Assembly (NCBI GenBank): GCA_000320545.1
Contig: ADNK01000065.1
Coordinates: 1-36,574, forward strand
From: Bigelowiella natans CCMP2755
Taxonomy: Eukaryota > Protista > Cercozoa
DNA: 36,574 bases
Direction of reading: 5' to 3'
Below the pieces are notes generated by a model. That model had not been told where the DNA came from and did no database searches. It was given only the letters and a program-made list of their open reading frames with translations. Positions 1 through 14,587 of the stretch are shown here, in pieces (positions within the stretch are counted from its first letter, which is position 1; each line of letters opens with the position of its first letter). The translations under genes were made by a program, and so were the position numbers.

Positions 1-104
1 TTACAAGTTTTGACTTTCGCAATGTCCGTTATAAGACAACATCCACTATGAAAATCACTTCGGTGTAACAACATAGCTGGGAAGTCAAGGGCGCGAACAG
101 AATA

Positions 105-126
105 CTAACTAACTAACTAACTAACT

Positions 127-172
<46 letters not shown>

Positions 173-174
173 GC

Positions 175-205
<31 letters not shown>

Positions 206-245
206 GCAGCAGCAGCAGCAACAACAACAACAACAACAACAACAC
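105..245. repeat. Compound microsatellite (CTAA)n followed by (CAA/CAG)n
   Basis: Directly visible tandem CTAA units, then about 40 CAA/CAG units ending just before the ATG at 247. Confidence 0.95.
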
Positions 246-246
246 T

Positions 247-1821
247 ATGAACACATTTTATCAGGAGCATGGCACCACAATGGCTTCACGCAACCCTGTT
301 CTCTCTGCATGGTTGGTGGTGGCCCTCTTTCTCTGTCGTGTGTACGCAATGGAATTCGATGACAAAGGAGTCGCCCCTGCTCACGATATATGTTCAAGGC
401 TGAAGCCAGATGTGGAGACCGGCCGAGTGAGGTCTCCAAATTGTGCTACTACTAGTAGTAGTGAGTCGGATGATGGTCCAACATCGGTCTACGATCCACT
501 CCCTAACGGCGAATACCCTGGAGTAATATTCAGGCAACAACGCGGCCCAGATGATAAAATCATCACTGAAATGGGTCATTTGATGACTCGTGGGTGGACT
601 CTACTTGCCGAGGCTTGCCATAAATGTGGAGTACGTACCAAATTTTGATGGTTCAGAGCGGACGATGTTTAACTTACAACACATTTTTTGGTCAGTGTCC
701 GATGATGCAGCCTCCCCTTTGGAGCAAACAGAATTCATCCTCATGTATCTATTGCGAGAAAGTAATAACATACTTCGTACTGTATTTCCCTTCACCACCG
801 AAAAGTGTATTTTCAAGCTACCAATGATTCTGCTTATTTTGTTGCGATGTTCAGCATCACAATGTTTTCTACTTCAAATGATATCTTGATGTAGATGATA
901 GAACGACGTTAATCTTCTCTTCCTTCATATAGAACAATGAGTTAGCTGTATCCAAGAGGCCCCAACGGAAAACTACTACTACTACTACTTCAAAGATGAT
1001 GCCAACAAGCCCTGTTTCAAACGGGTCACAGTATAAGCTCTGGGGTGGGCGACTCAAAGCAAGAAAAAGCCTAGAAGAGATCATACCTAGCGGGAGACCT
1101 GGGCATAATCGGCAGCAGCAGCAGAATATAATAAGAGATGATATTGTTGCCTCCTCTTCCTCCTCTCATTCGAAAAATCGGGCTGACAACTTACGAACTC
1201 TCAATAATATTGGGCAAGAAAATGGGGGGTTGTTACCATTGCGCAATCAATCAAAAGAATCTTCGTATTATCTCTCCATTGTAAGAACCAACAATTTCTA
1301 TCGTTTCTCCGTACATTTTCTTAGAATTCATGTCTATTAACAATTCTCCTATAATCAAAGGACGATATAAAGGAAGTAGCGAAATTGGACGACGACAACT
1401 TCTACGAGAAACATGTAGTAGTAGTAAATAATATTGAAAAAAAAATGCAATTTATCAACTTAAAGATGATCCTGAATAGATCCGTAAAATTGTATGTTTG
1501 TCTGCACCCACCAAAATTTGTAGAAAAATTATTATTCTAATCCGATGTCGGAGAACGCTCTTAAATATCTGGAAGCTAAGGCATTGACATCACACGGTAG
1601 TACCAGCAGCAGCAGCAGTAGTAGTAGTAGTAGTAGTAACCCTTCTTCACTCCTCTTCCCACCCCCCACCACTAATTTCTGACAATTGATCAAAATGGCG
1701 AGTTATTTATAACCGCAACACCTCTAACAAGGACAGAACAAAATATCATAATTCATGTAAGAATAATAATTCTCCAGCCCCAATCTCCCCTACCCGCCCC
1801 CCCCTCTTCCTATGCCTCTCT

Positions 1822-1863
<42 letters not shown>

Positions 1864-2695
1864 ATATATTAGAACGTCTTGAGCTTGAAAGGAATAGTTT
1901 GGCGGTTGCATTGCCGCCTTTAGACACACCTGACGACCCCCAATATCCACCCCTGCCTGAGCCTCTTGAAAATGAAATACCGAAGCTTTCCAAAGCTCTT
2001 TCCGACAGTGTTCGTGAATTTTGGAACGAAAGAGCAGACTCAGAGGATCTTCATAGAAGACATCGATTTCTTGAGGAGAAAGCTCTTATCCATAACCCTT
2101 GTACCCTCCTCAACAACAACAAAAACAACAAGACATTCACGATGATGACCACGACGAATAAGCCAACAGCAGCAGCAGCAACGAACAAGAGCAACAATGA
2201 TTCTTTATCTAATCAAGCTGTACTTGGACAATGGAACAACACCGAGGGAAGAAGAAGAAGAAGAAGAAGAAAAGAGAGGAGAGACAAAGAAGAAGAAGGA
2301 AAAGGAGAGCAACAACAAATGAGCGACCAAGAATATCACACAGAAACAGAAAGGAAAAATAGTAGTAGTAGCAGTAGTAGTAGTAAGCAATCAACTGTTG
2401 GAGCATCATTTCAGGATAAACTTACTAAGGTACACGCTCACACAATCGATTTTGATGATGGAGACGTTGATGTATGTGTTTACCTCAAGAGAATAACAAC
2501 AATAATGTGATCATAAGCATGATGCTTGTCTTTCTTCCTTCATCCCCCCCTTAGTACCATCTGCCTCCTTTGTTTATATCCATCTACTTATAACTTAGAT
2601 TGTAAACGGAGGAGGAGGAGGGAGTCAAGAAGCCTCTGAGGACTTAATTGAAAGCTTGGTTAAAAACTGTAAGACGATGAGATATTCTTCGTCCC

Positions 2696-2755
<60 letters not shown>

Positions 2756-3115
2756 TAATATGAGACATAAAACATACAATACATGGTACTCTAACCAATA
2801 CAACCACCACCACCATCATCATGATCATCTCCATTTGCAGATATCATGCATTTATCTCATTGATGACTTTCAGCAAGAGATCATCAGCAAGGAATTATCC
2901 ACCATGGAACGATAAGATCTAGAAGAGGAGAAGGGAAAAGCGACGAGGATAATGAATATTATAGTGGCAAAGACGATTCAAGCTTTGAAGATAGTGATGA
3001 TGAGAATGAAAATAGATATGTAGAAAGAGGAGAAGCAATGCGGACTAATAAACACGGCGAGCATCGACAACAAAGGAATGATGATGACACTGTAACTATG
3101 GACGATTGGGAATAA
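247..3115 (+). CDS. Multi-exon SSSCA1/ZNRD2-like (Auto_anti-p27) Zn-ribbon protein with long low-complexity C-terminus
   Basis: Exon 1 ends MGHLMTRGWTLLAEACHKCG at GTACGT (631). The next exon, 711-761, gives PPLWSKQNSSSCIYCEK, completing the SSSCA1-type G(W)xxLxxxCxxCGxPL...CxxC motif. Further GT-AG exons at ~933-1280, ~1361-1414, ~1872-2471, ~2600-2668 and ~2874-3115 (..TMDDWE*). Some junctions uncertain; start could be ATG 247 or 280. Confidence 0.75.
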
Positions 3116-3688
3116 GAGGAGGAGGGAGATGAAGGGAGGAGGAAAGATATTGCTAAGCATTCAACTATCTCTATCTTTGGATTAATTCTTCTTCTTCTTC
3201 TTATTATTATTATCTTCACACAGTGATCATTATAACACCAACACATATTCTTTTTCTTGCCTTACTTTGCATTTGGCCCTGGATATATTGTCCCTTTCTT
3301 GTATTAGATTGTTTCTCGAATGAAATGACAGTACTCACAAATATCACATGTGCGTTGTCAGGTTTTTCATACTTTCAACTTCAAGGTGGTATTGCTAAAA
3401 TGGTAGTGATTTGGTACTAACAGTTAAACACTATTAAAATAATTATTATTATTATTATTAGTAGTAGTAGTAGTTGCTGTAATTGTAGCTTTATGAAGCA
3501 CCAGTAATACTTACTTATGGCGACTACTACAAAATAAGTCATATTTATCCATATTTATCATCTGTCTTGCTTATAAATCTCCTCTTCTCTAACCTAATAG
3601 TATTCGTGAATAGACTTCATCCTCATTGTATGGAAGTGTATTATTATTCTCTTTCCTCTCTTATCATCCTACCTACCTAACAACCTAG

Positions 3689-4316
3689 CAATCTTCAAAG
3701 ATGAAGAAGTTTCTGGATAACTTTCCTCCTGAAAGGACTTTTAAAGACGAAGACGATGTAGCAATTGTTGATGAATATTTGATTGATTTGCTCACACATC
3801 GATTATTATTATCATCATCTTACCATTGGATCATCTTTATATACTTCCCATGATTATGCAGTTTGCCCGTCATTTATACTACGAAGAGGTAATAGTAATA
3901 TGCAATAAAAGACAACAACGACACAACATTAAGAAGAATGTGATATAATTTAACAACAATTAATTAGGTGGCAAAAGGACGCAACCCAATGGAGGAGGAA
4001 GATGATGATGATGATGATGATAATGGCCAAAAAGCTTACAGAAATTTCAAAAATTCATCGCTTTTTAGCCTTGTTGAGAAGTAATAGCATCAATCTTATT
4101 GATCGTAGTAGTAGTAGCAGTAGTAGTTGTAGTAGTAGTAGTAGTAGTAGTCGCATGTTTATCATTATACAAAGTAAATGGATTTGGAATTCAAAACAAC
4201 TAGGAGCTGTCAAATAGATAATAATAACGGGAGAGTGTGATTATTCACAAACGAGAAGTAGCTCTATTTGATGACGCCTTATTTATTGATATAACTGTTG
4301 TAACTGCTTACTACTT

Positions 4317-4353
<37 letters not shown>

Positions 4354-5360
4354 CTAGATTGAAGAAGCATGTTCCTGCCTTCAGGGAAATGCACAAACCC
4401 CTTAGTGAAACTGCCTCTACATTTGTACGTTCTTAGCAGCATCGATTGTTAGAAATATTGTTGATCAGTGAAAAGTATTATTATTCTTATTATGTAATAT
4501 ATACCTTAGCTTTGTTCAAAGAACTTCTAGTTTTTCACCAAAAACGATGTATCTGTCCTCTGATTCCAAGAGCCGTCTAACACTGCTGTTGTGTTGGCGT
4601 ATTATGTAGTTGTGGTCTCATTCATTTATTTGTTTGTTGATAACCAGGAGTACCGACGAATGGAGAGAATGGAAGCTAAAAAGAATGCTCAGGTAGTAAT
4701 ACTGCTAAAGATCTTGCTCACTCACACACACACACACACACACACACACTACAGTACACTACACTATTAGCGTAAGAATGGGTATTTTGCTGTACTTTGA
4801 AGTCAAAACCGTGCTGTTGCTTTTATGTGGGGACTTGATGTAAATATTGCATTCTATACCAACACTCCTTATCCATCATTATAATAATGATGATAATTAT
4901 TATTGATACTATTGTTTTTTAATGGTTTTCTTCTTCTCTATTTTCTTCATAGGCGAGTCAGAGAGAAGCAAGAGCAAAAGAAAAATGGAAGTACTACTTA
5001 GCAGAGGGATTTAAGGTCGTTCATCGTAGATGATGAAAAGAAAGAATATCATCATTGCTATGCTTATTATTAATATCACAATTCGTGTTTCATCAGGAAA
5101 TAAGAAAAATGTGCATAAAATGCAAGCGCAAAGGTTGTTGTGTCACTATTACATAGAAACAAATGAAAGATACTGATAATAGTAGCAATGATGACGTATC
5201 TTGTAAACTACTACTATATATTTTAGGCTTGATGCAAAGAGAGGACATGGAGGTATGATGACCTAATACTGCAAAATTGGTTTATGATGACTACCAGTTA
5301 ATTATATGATGATGATCCGCAAATTGATATTATTAATTAAGTACAACCATTCATCATACC

Positions 5361-5395
<35 letters not shown>

Positions 5396-5511
5396 GTAAT
5401 AATAATAATACACGTTATCCTCGTACTTGTTGTCTGTTTCATCGTCATCTTTATGTTATTGAGTGTACCTGCTACTTGATAGCACTAATACGATGATTGG
5501 ATTAGTGCGGC

Positions 5512-5585
<74 letters not shown>

Positions 5586-6284
5586 CAAATGCATACATAC
5601 ATACAGAATGGTTACGGAATTCGTCGTTGCATTCTTTGCAATACAGTGTGGAAACAGCAGTTGCGGCGTCATCATCATGAGAAGAAGAACAAGAAGATGA
5701 CAATCACAAAAACAGAAGAAGAAGAAGAAAAAGAAGAAGATGATGATGATAGTGATAAAAAAGGGAAAAAATATTGGGAGAGAGAATGATACTGTTCTCA
5801 GTAATTATGCTTCCAGAGCTAAATTTATCGAGGTATGTTATCAAGAAAATATATAGCGGAAAAATGTAATGAATTCTTATCAATATGGACCTCAAGCATT
5901 AATGTGATAATAATAATAGCCAATTGGGGCTTGTATATCGCTTGTTGTTGAAAGAAATTATCATCATGATTGTTATGTGATATGATCATTATTTCTTCTG
6001 TACTTTCTCTCCCTTTCTTTCCCACACTTTTTACTTAAATGGAAGAATCACAAAATAAGAGATGTGGTCTATTTCCTCATATATGTTTAAACTATAGTAT
6101 GTTTTTGTCATCATCATCATCAACAACAACAACAACCTCTGCCATTATCTTAGGGTAATAATAGAGCAAGGAGGGGAACAAGTGCAGCAGCAGCAATGGA
6201 TATCAAGCAACATATGCAAGGAAAAATGAGAGAATTCTTAGCCAAAGGCTACAAAGTAGTAGCAGTAGTAGTAGTAGTAGTAGC

Positions 6285-6321
<37 letters not shown>

Positions 6322-6540
6322 ACGATATAACAAATGTGCTGCTGCAAGAGGGAATGGTGGGTAGATGGTGGTGGTTGATATTTACTTGGTATTCTTCTTG
6401 TTTTGTTCCTTTCCTAGGGGGTACAGACAAAGTGCACAAATTGTGACTATAGGGGAGGTCATTTAATAGTGTGATTTTCAACATACATCAATCTCAATAA
6501 AACATGGACAACACGATAATAATAGATAGAATGATGAGCC

Positions 6541-6572
<32 letters not shown>

Positions 6573-6708
6573 CGGTATACTACTAACTAACCACTGTAAT
6601 GCATTAGGCATTGTGCAATTTCGGGATGAAAAGGTGCTTGTGGAAAAGAGTGATGATGCTGCTGATGATGATGATGATGCACAACAGAACAATGCATAAA
6701 CACACAAA

Positions 6709-6753
<45 letters not shown>

Positions 6754-8646
6754 GAGATATTATCTTCCAGCCCTTCTGTACTTGATGTATCCACAAACCT
6801 CTACATTCTTGTTCTCCCCTGAACGTGGTGTTTCCATCATTCTCTATGCAACAACAAATCAACGCCTTCTTGTCTTTTGATTCTTTTTGTTTTCGCACCA
6901 TCAGTATCGACCCTTATTGTCTTTTGATTCTTTTTGTTTTCGCACCATCAGTATCCACGCAAAATACGTCGTTGCTTAGCATGTGGGACTATGTGGATGG
7001 CGAGGATAAAAAACACAACAAGATATAGTAGTAGTAGTAGTAGTAGTAGTAGTAGGGATACTACTACTATACGCACAAATTCTAGCGATTACAATCACCT
7101 CGAGGACCAACAGTGGAGAAAGCATGAACGACGATATAAAAACAAAGATCAAGAGAAGAACAACATATTGCATGCTATGAAGAAGCACCAATCCAGACGA
7201 AGAATAATCACAGAGGAAAGATGTGCCGCTATTGATGATGATAAAAATGATGATGATGATAATGATGATAACGATGAACGTTTGCCAAGCTACTACGATA
7301 AACGGGTAGTCAATGGTGCTCGAAAGCAGCTGGATCGTCATCATCATCATCATCAGCAGCAGCAGCAGCAGCAAGGAGGAGAACAATCTAGCAAGAAAGG
7401 GAGAAGGGTAGTAGCAATGAAGAGTATAAAATAGTACTATTAGAAGTAGTAACAGGAGGAGGAGGAGGAGAAGGAGTATTTCTTGTTAATAATGTTAAAT
7501 TGCAGTTATAATTCATTTGCCTTTGGCTTCATTCATATTTGTGTGGATTATAATCATCACCATCATTATCATCATTGTCACCACCATCACCACATCAGAG
7601 TCAAATTGCTGATAATCTGAAGAAAGAGATGAGGTGAGGAGGATATAACAACGACAACAACAACAACAACAACAACAATAACGTATTCAAGTCATCGAAG
7701 AGATGCTTGAGTCATCATCTAGTTGACTATTATGTCTACGATTTGAAACTACTACTGCGAACCTACTTGGTTATCAATTTGCCTATAAGAGGTAACAACG
7801 ACTGTGGTGGTGGTGGTGATGATGATGATGATGATGATGGTGTCAATTTGATGATTCTCATAGGGAAGAAATGCAGCCACTACGTGACTATTTGGATTTA
7901 ACGCCTCTACCGAAGAATGTTACCAAAAAGATCTTAGAAGAACAAATGGAGAAGAAGCTGCAAAAGTCAGATAATGGAAGAGGAACGGGGAACTTAGTAA
8001 CATCACCAATACCGCTGATGTTATCGGCAGATTATGCAGATGAAGGAAGAGGGGGAAATGACAATCGTCGTGAGTCCAACCATCGTCATCATTATCATGA
8101 ACATCATCGCAGAATAATAACGCAACAGCCGCTGAAGAAGACCTCGCTCCTTGCAGGATTTCGTTCAAAAAGAGATGGTAGAGTTTATGACAAGTACTTA
8201 TCTCTGAATGAAAGTGATAATGAAATAGGACGTGCTTATGGACGATACGGGGAAGGTAGTAAGTGATATGATGATGAGATTTAGTAGACGAAGTAAGTAG
8301 TAATACTACTACCACATTATGTGAAATAAGAAGGAGGATTGAAGGGTCAAAACACCGATGATGGCGTTGGATAGTAGGGAAGAATATTATGTACCACCAC
8401 CACCACCACTATTTGTTGCGTTGTGGATAACAACAATCACTACTACTACTACTACCACCCACCCACCAACATTATTTGTTATGTTACAGATAACAGCACT
8501 CCAGTCAAAAAATGGATCGATTGGGTTGTCATCATCATCATCATCATCATCATCATTAGTCGTCGTAGTAGTAGTAGTAGGAGCAGTAGTAATAATACTA
8601 GTAGCAGCTGCTGGAGAATTACACACCAACTACCAACCAACAAAAA

Positions 8647-8679
<33 letters not shown>

Positions 8680-10335
8680 ATAATCATCAGTGGCAGTAGC
8701 TACAGTAGCACATGAGTTGTTCTTAGTTTGATAAAAGACAAGTTTGATCAATAATACGGATATGAATCTCTTCCTGCTAAAAAACACTCATTTTTGTGTC
8801 GTTGTTTCTTCGCATTGCCTATAGATATGACTATTATCCCTGATATTTATTTATATGTTGTACTTGTATCATCTTCCCAATACTCCTAAATACCACAGCA
8901 AACAAGGCAGAAAGAGGCTTCTACGGAATATCGTTTGATAGAGGCTGAGCTAAAGGATGGGGAGAGGCAATTAAGAAAGAAAGATCAAGAATATAGCGAA
9001 AAAGCAATGTCTGCTAGGAAATCTGGCCAAAGAAAATACACGTATTATTATTATTATTATGAATATCATTATCACTATTTCAAAGCAGCAATAATAGCCG
9101 TTTGTACATAGAAATAGTATATTCTATATTACACAACAACAACAACACACAACAACAGTAATAAAAGATCTTAATTAGTGATTTTATGTCGAAACTCTTA
9201 TCATCATCATCATCTTCATCATTATCACCATCATCTCAATATGTTCTTCGCTGTGTACTACTGCTAATAGAATCGAGGAGTTACGTAATAGCAGATACCC
9301 ACCAGTATATTTGAGGCCAGAGGACATAGAAACCAGTGATTTGTCTTCATTATCTGGGGGAGATTGGAATTCAACGGAGGAACGATCGAAGTAGTAGTAG
9401 TAGTTGTAGTAGTAGTAGCAATAAGAAGAAGATGAAGAAGCAAAAGAAAATCAAGGGAATTAGCAACAACGAGCATCATTACATCACCATCATTTATGAG
9501 CACAACCACCTTAGATGCGTGTTGTTTTACGGTCATCATCACCACCATCAATCTCTTCTCCTCCTCCTCCTTTGATTATTATTATTATATAGGGCACATG
9601 AGCAGTACGATAAGATGTGGGATATACTGCACAGCAGGTTATTAATAGACTCTTGAGAGGGGGAGCTAGGGTGAAACATTATGCATGCAATCAAAACTGC
9701 TACTACAACTACTGCGACTACTACTACTACTACTTTGATTCTCGATAATGATGACGACGAAGAGGAGTAGGGTGATGATAATGATGATGATGATTATCAG
9801 CGATGTATACATATGATGGCTGCTTGCTGCTCTATGAACTCATGAATTTAACATTTCACCATCATTATCTCATTCCCAGCAACAACGATACGAATAAAGT
9901 TCCTCACTCCAAAGGCCATCATTATGGTGATGATGATGATGATGAGGAGGAGGAGGAGGAAGTTTTCGTGACTAACAAGGTAGTGTTTGCGGTTACATAT
10001 TTAGTTGGAAGAAGAACAAAATCCTCGGTCGGATATAAGATTACTATCATCATCATGCAAGTTTAGTTTGTGTATCACAATTTTGTATTATTATTTTTAT
10101 TAGCAGTAGTAGTAGTTATGATCAAATTAACGTGGTAATTAGGAGAGTGAGGGATATAAAGAGGCAAATAGGAAGCTGAATATGGAACCACAGGAGTAAG
10201 TAGATTATCGTGATGATGATGATTATGACGATGATGATAAGACCGTTCTTCATCACTTTCACTTGGTATTCTTCTTCAATCAGGCTATTTGACCGGGTTT
10301 CAGGGGGAGGAGGCAGCATCAGCTTTACCACCAAA

Positions 10336-10379
<44 letters not shown>

Positions 10380-10683
10380 GAGAGCTACTAGCAGCTTGCT
10401 TATTGTGAGTTTGTGATTGGTATCGGTCGCAGAGTAGTTTTATTGGAAAGAGGTGGGGGTGCCTTTTGCAATAGACGAAGCCAAAAATTTTTTTGATAGA
10501 AGTGTGATCTAGTAGTAGTACAAGAAGAAGATGATTATGAAGAAGAAGAAGCTACTGTGGTTGTTGTTGTTGTTGTTGTTGTTAGTATTGTTGTTATTGT
10601 GGCTTAACCACTACTGTGATTCACTGTCTAGACGGGATGTGTGGATAATTATTATGGAGATGATATTCTTATTGTTGTTTCCT

Positions 10684-10714
<31 letters not shown>

Positions 10715-11188
10715 TCGTCATCATCATCTTTAATTCTCAAATGCTCTACCTTGCTGCTTTTATGATATGAAGATCATGGAGATGGCTGGCATACGCTTTA
10801 TCAAAACTACAATAATAACGATAATAATAGTGAGGAGGAGGAGGAGGAGGAGGAGGAGGAGGAGGAGGAGAGGGAGAGGTGGAAAGGCGAGAAAGAGGAT
10901 TCTTCACATGAGAGGAATGTTAATTCGATATATACTGACAAGTTGGACCACAAGAAGAACAATAACAATTACTACTACGACTACCAACAACAACCACAAA
11001 AGCAGGAGGATGGTAACAAGGCAAGCAAGCTTGAGAAGGAGCAGATGATGATGATGATGAAGAAGAAGAAGAAGAGGGAGAGCAGATGGAAGAATACCAA
11101 AGATTGCCATCATTTCAGAGATCAACAACCACCGTCGTTGGATTTTATGGGGGAGGAAGATATTATCAAAGTCGCTTACACACACTCC

Positions 11189-11231
<43 letters not shown>

Positions 11232-11242
11232 CTCTCAATCTC

Positions 11243-11277
<35 letters not shown>

Positions 11278-11549
11278 ATGAAAGTATTCATCATTAATTG
11301 GTTTCCTTTCTGGGAACATGTTATTGTTTATGTACGTAGGCACCAACCGATTACTTTCAAAGGTCACAGCAGCAGCAGGTGCAGGAGCAGTATACGAATA
11401 ATTCGTATCATCCTCTACTACTACCTCCTACCACGCATTCATACAACCCTGTAATACCACTTACTGAGTATCATCATCACCATCGTCGTGAAGAACATCT
11501 TGAACGTAAATCGTTAAGAAAAGAGACCAAGGAGGAGAAGAGAAACAGC

Positions 11550-11585
<36 letters not shown>

Positions 11586-12709
11586 AATCATCATCATCAC
11601 CATCGCAATCACGATAACAAGGAGCAATATAATAGAGCAGCAGCGCTTCATCAGGAACTTGAGCATCTTAAAAGCATTGAAAATCAGATTCAGCAACAAC
11701 GATTAAGACTTCAAAGTGAGCTGCAGATAACAAATAATGATGTTAAAGGAAGAAGAAGGATACTTGACAAGGATGTTGTTAAGGGGGGGGGGAGGAAGGA
11801 TGACTCTCATCGTTATACATCTCAAAGGCGGAAGAAGCAGCAAATACAGCAGCTTAGTGATGATGATAATAATAATAATAATAAGGGGCAGGAAGATCAT
11901 GAATTGAGGGTGGTTTCATCGTCTCAATTGCTAAATCATCATATTACAAAGACTAGTAACAGAATCTCTTCCTCCCCCAAGAAGGGTAATGAAAAGAAGA
12001 GGAAGGACATATTATATCCGTCAAAAAATCATCATCTCAAACAGGATAATGATGATGATCATTTTAAAGATTTAGACGATTTTATCTTGAGCAGTCGTCT
12101 ACAAGAAAGGGAGGAGAGATGTTTCCACGAAAATGATGATGATAATAATTATTATAAGAAGAATAAGAAGAATAACCATGATGATAGTAACGATGGTAGT
12201 GATACAAATGATGATCTATCCGATTGGGTAGAGGAGGAGGAGGAGAGAAAGAGTCATCAAACTATTATTGACCCATCATCGTATAGATCAAAAGTCTCCA
12301 ATAATGGTGATGGTAGTAGTGATAGTAGACCTACTGCTTCTTCTGCTGCGACATCTTCCATGAAACAAGTAATAGAAAGATATTGATGGTGATTTTATCA
12401 TCCTTTGCCTATGCCATAATCAGAAGAAATTTACTTTGTCATATTTCCTATTTGATTTTCGTTTGTCATTGTTGTCGTTGTGTTTCCTTAATCAAGCTCT
12501 CAAATTGAATAACATACATGTCCATACTTAAAACATAACAATAAATCTACACACATTGGCATTTCATCTTCAAATTATTGGGGGGTGCTATGAGTAACAT
12601 CAAGCCTTCTAGATCGATGAATAAACACTACAATTGATATTTTCTGTTGATTCATGTGTTTTATGGTTTTCTTGGAAAGAAAGGTTTTTGCATTTATGCT
12701 CATCCATAT

Positions 12710-12741
<32 letters not shown>

Positions 12742-13661
12742 CCATCATTATCACAACCCTTAGCATCATCATCTGCTTCTTCAAGATGAGCCCTTAATCA
12801 ATGATAACCACCATAAATCGCCTCAATCGGACATAGCAAGAATACTGAGGAGAAGCCTTAAAAAGGGGTTATTATTATTATTAATAATAATAATAATATT
12901 ATTATTATTATGCCATGTGTATAGTACGTACTAGTAGAATTATGATAATGGTCATCTTGTCCCTCCTCTTCTCTTTGCGTGAGCATAATCCCTCTAAATC
13001 TTTCTCACAATGGAAGGGCAAGAGAGGCTACACGCTATGAAGCAAAACAAATGCAGATTGAAGAAGAGAGGTGGTCATTTAATGATGTGATGATAAAGAT
13101 AGTGTTGGTTGTGCATATGTGTGTGTGTGTGTGTTTGAGTCACTGAAAGAGACCTGAAACTAATATTATATTGCATTTGTCCGTTTACCAGGAAAATCCA
13201 GCAAAAGCGTAATCATCGCCGAGATAGTAAGACAACAACAATAACAACTGTTTTTGGTGAAACTCAAGAGAAAATAATATATTTTTGTCCATTATTTAAG
13301 TGCTCATCATATGAATCTTGATCTGAAAAACTAAACTGGGAACCATATGCTGATACTGCTGCTGCTGCTGCTGCTGCTTTGAAGACTACTGACTCAATCA
13401 ACACCAATTTATTGTTTCTACTCTTCTCCTCTCTGATATCTTTACCATCTAAATTATATTATAGACTGCTATGATAATGAGAACAACAACGACGACTTGG
13501 CTGAGCAATTTCAAAGCTTAAATGGTGAAAATCAAGATCAAGACATCGGAAAAGCAGGAAGAGAAGGAGGAGGAGGAGGAGGAGGAGGAGGAGGAGGAGG
13601 AGGGGAAGGACATGAATTAGATTCTCAGATGTCAGAGTCAGATGGTGTATGGAAAGGGGAG

Positions 13662-13701
<40 letters not shown>

Positions 13702-13905
13702 AATATGCTTTTTAGAAGCTTTTGCTTCTCTTCTTTGTATAAAAGGCTGCTGCTGCTCCTGCTTTTAATTTTTACTACAACACGAAACTAAATTATTATC
13801 TCCCAATCACCCTCCTCTCTGGTTGGGAGGAGACAAAATAAGGGATATATGGTCTTAATGTTGTAAGATAAAGTAGTATTTGGAACAATCGCTGTAATGG
13901 TATAA

Positions 13906-13949
<44 letters not shown>

Positions 13950-14526
13950 ATAGCCGAAGTTATGTACGATGCAGTCGGAGAACAAGTTAAACGATGTCAT
14001 TCCCAACCGAAAGATCCTGCTCTCAGAAAGGTGCAATCACATGATTTAGAAGTGTGATATGAGTTAATGATGTATAATGATAATGATGATGATGATGATG
14101 ATAAGTGACTACATAATTGATGATACTTTGTATGGGGGTGAAAATTCGAAAACATTCTTTTTTTTGTCGCGTTCATATAAACTATATATATGTGTGTGTG
14201 TGTGTGAAATATATTTTCTCTTTCGCTATGATTCCCTTTTCATCTTCTATTATTCTTCTCTCCTTAATCAGTCAGCAGAACGATTGGTACAAGATCTTCC
14301 ACGATGGCTTGATGAAGATGAGAGATTCGATGCACAACAACTAAAAGAATACGACGAATATGTTGAAAAACACAATAAAGAACAACGACAAAAACAAGTC
14401 CAGGAAACCTCCTCCAATAGTGGAAAGGTGATGTTTTCCGGAAAGGCAATATCACTACTTGTGTGCATACCGAGGACATAACTTTTTGAATGTACACAAG
14501 CTGCTGCATACTGCTTTTTGCCAACC

Positions 14527-14587
<61 letters not shown>

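Noticed and set aside
105-128. (CTAA)n as a telomeric repeat
   Set aside because: Only about six units, internal, and merging into a CAA microsatellite.
4771-4840. In-frame TGA in RKNGYFAVL*SQNRAV as selenocysteine or readthrough
   Set aside because: A donor after CGTAAGAATGG (GTATTT) joins in phase to the next exon, so the TGA is intronic.
6203-12784. Poly-Leu, poly-Met and poly-Ile 'membrane protein' ORFs in the ORF track
   Set aside because: These are translations of intronic or antisense trinucleotide microsatellites.
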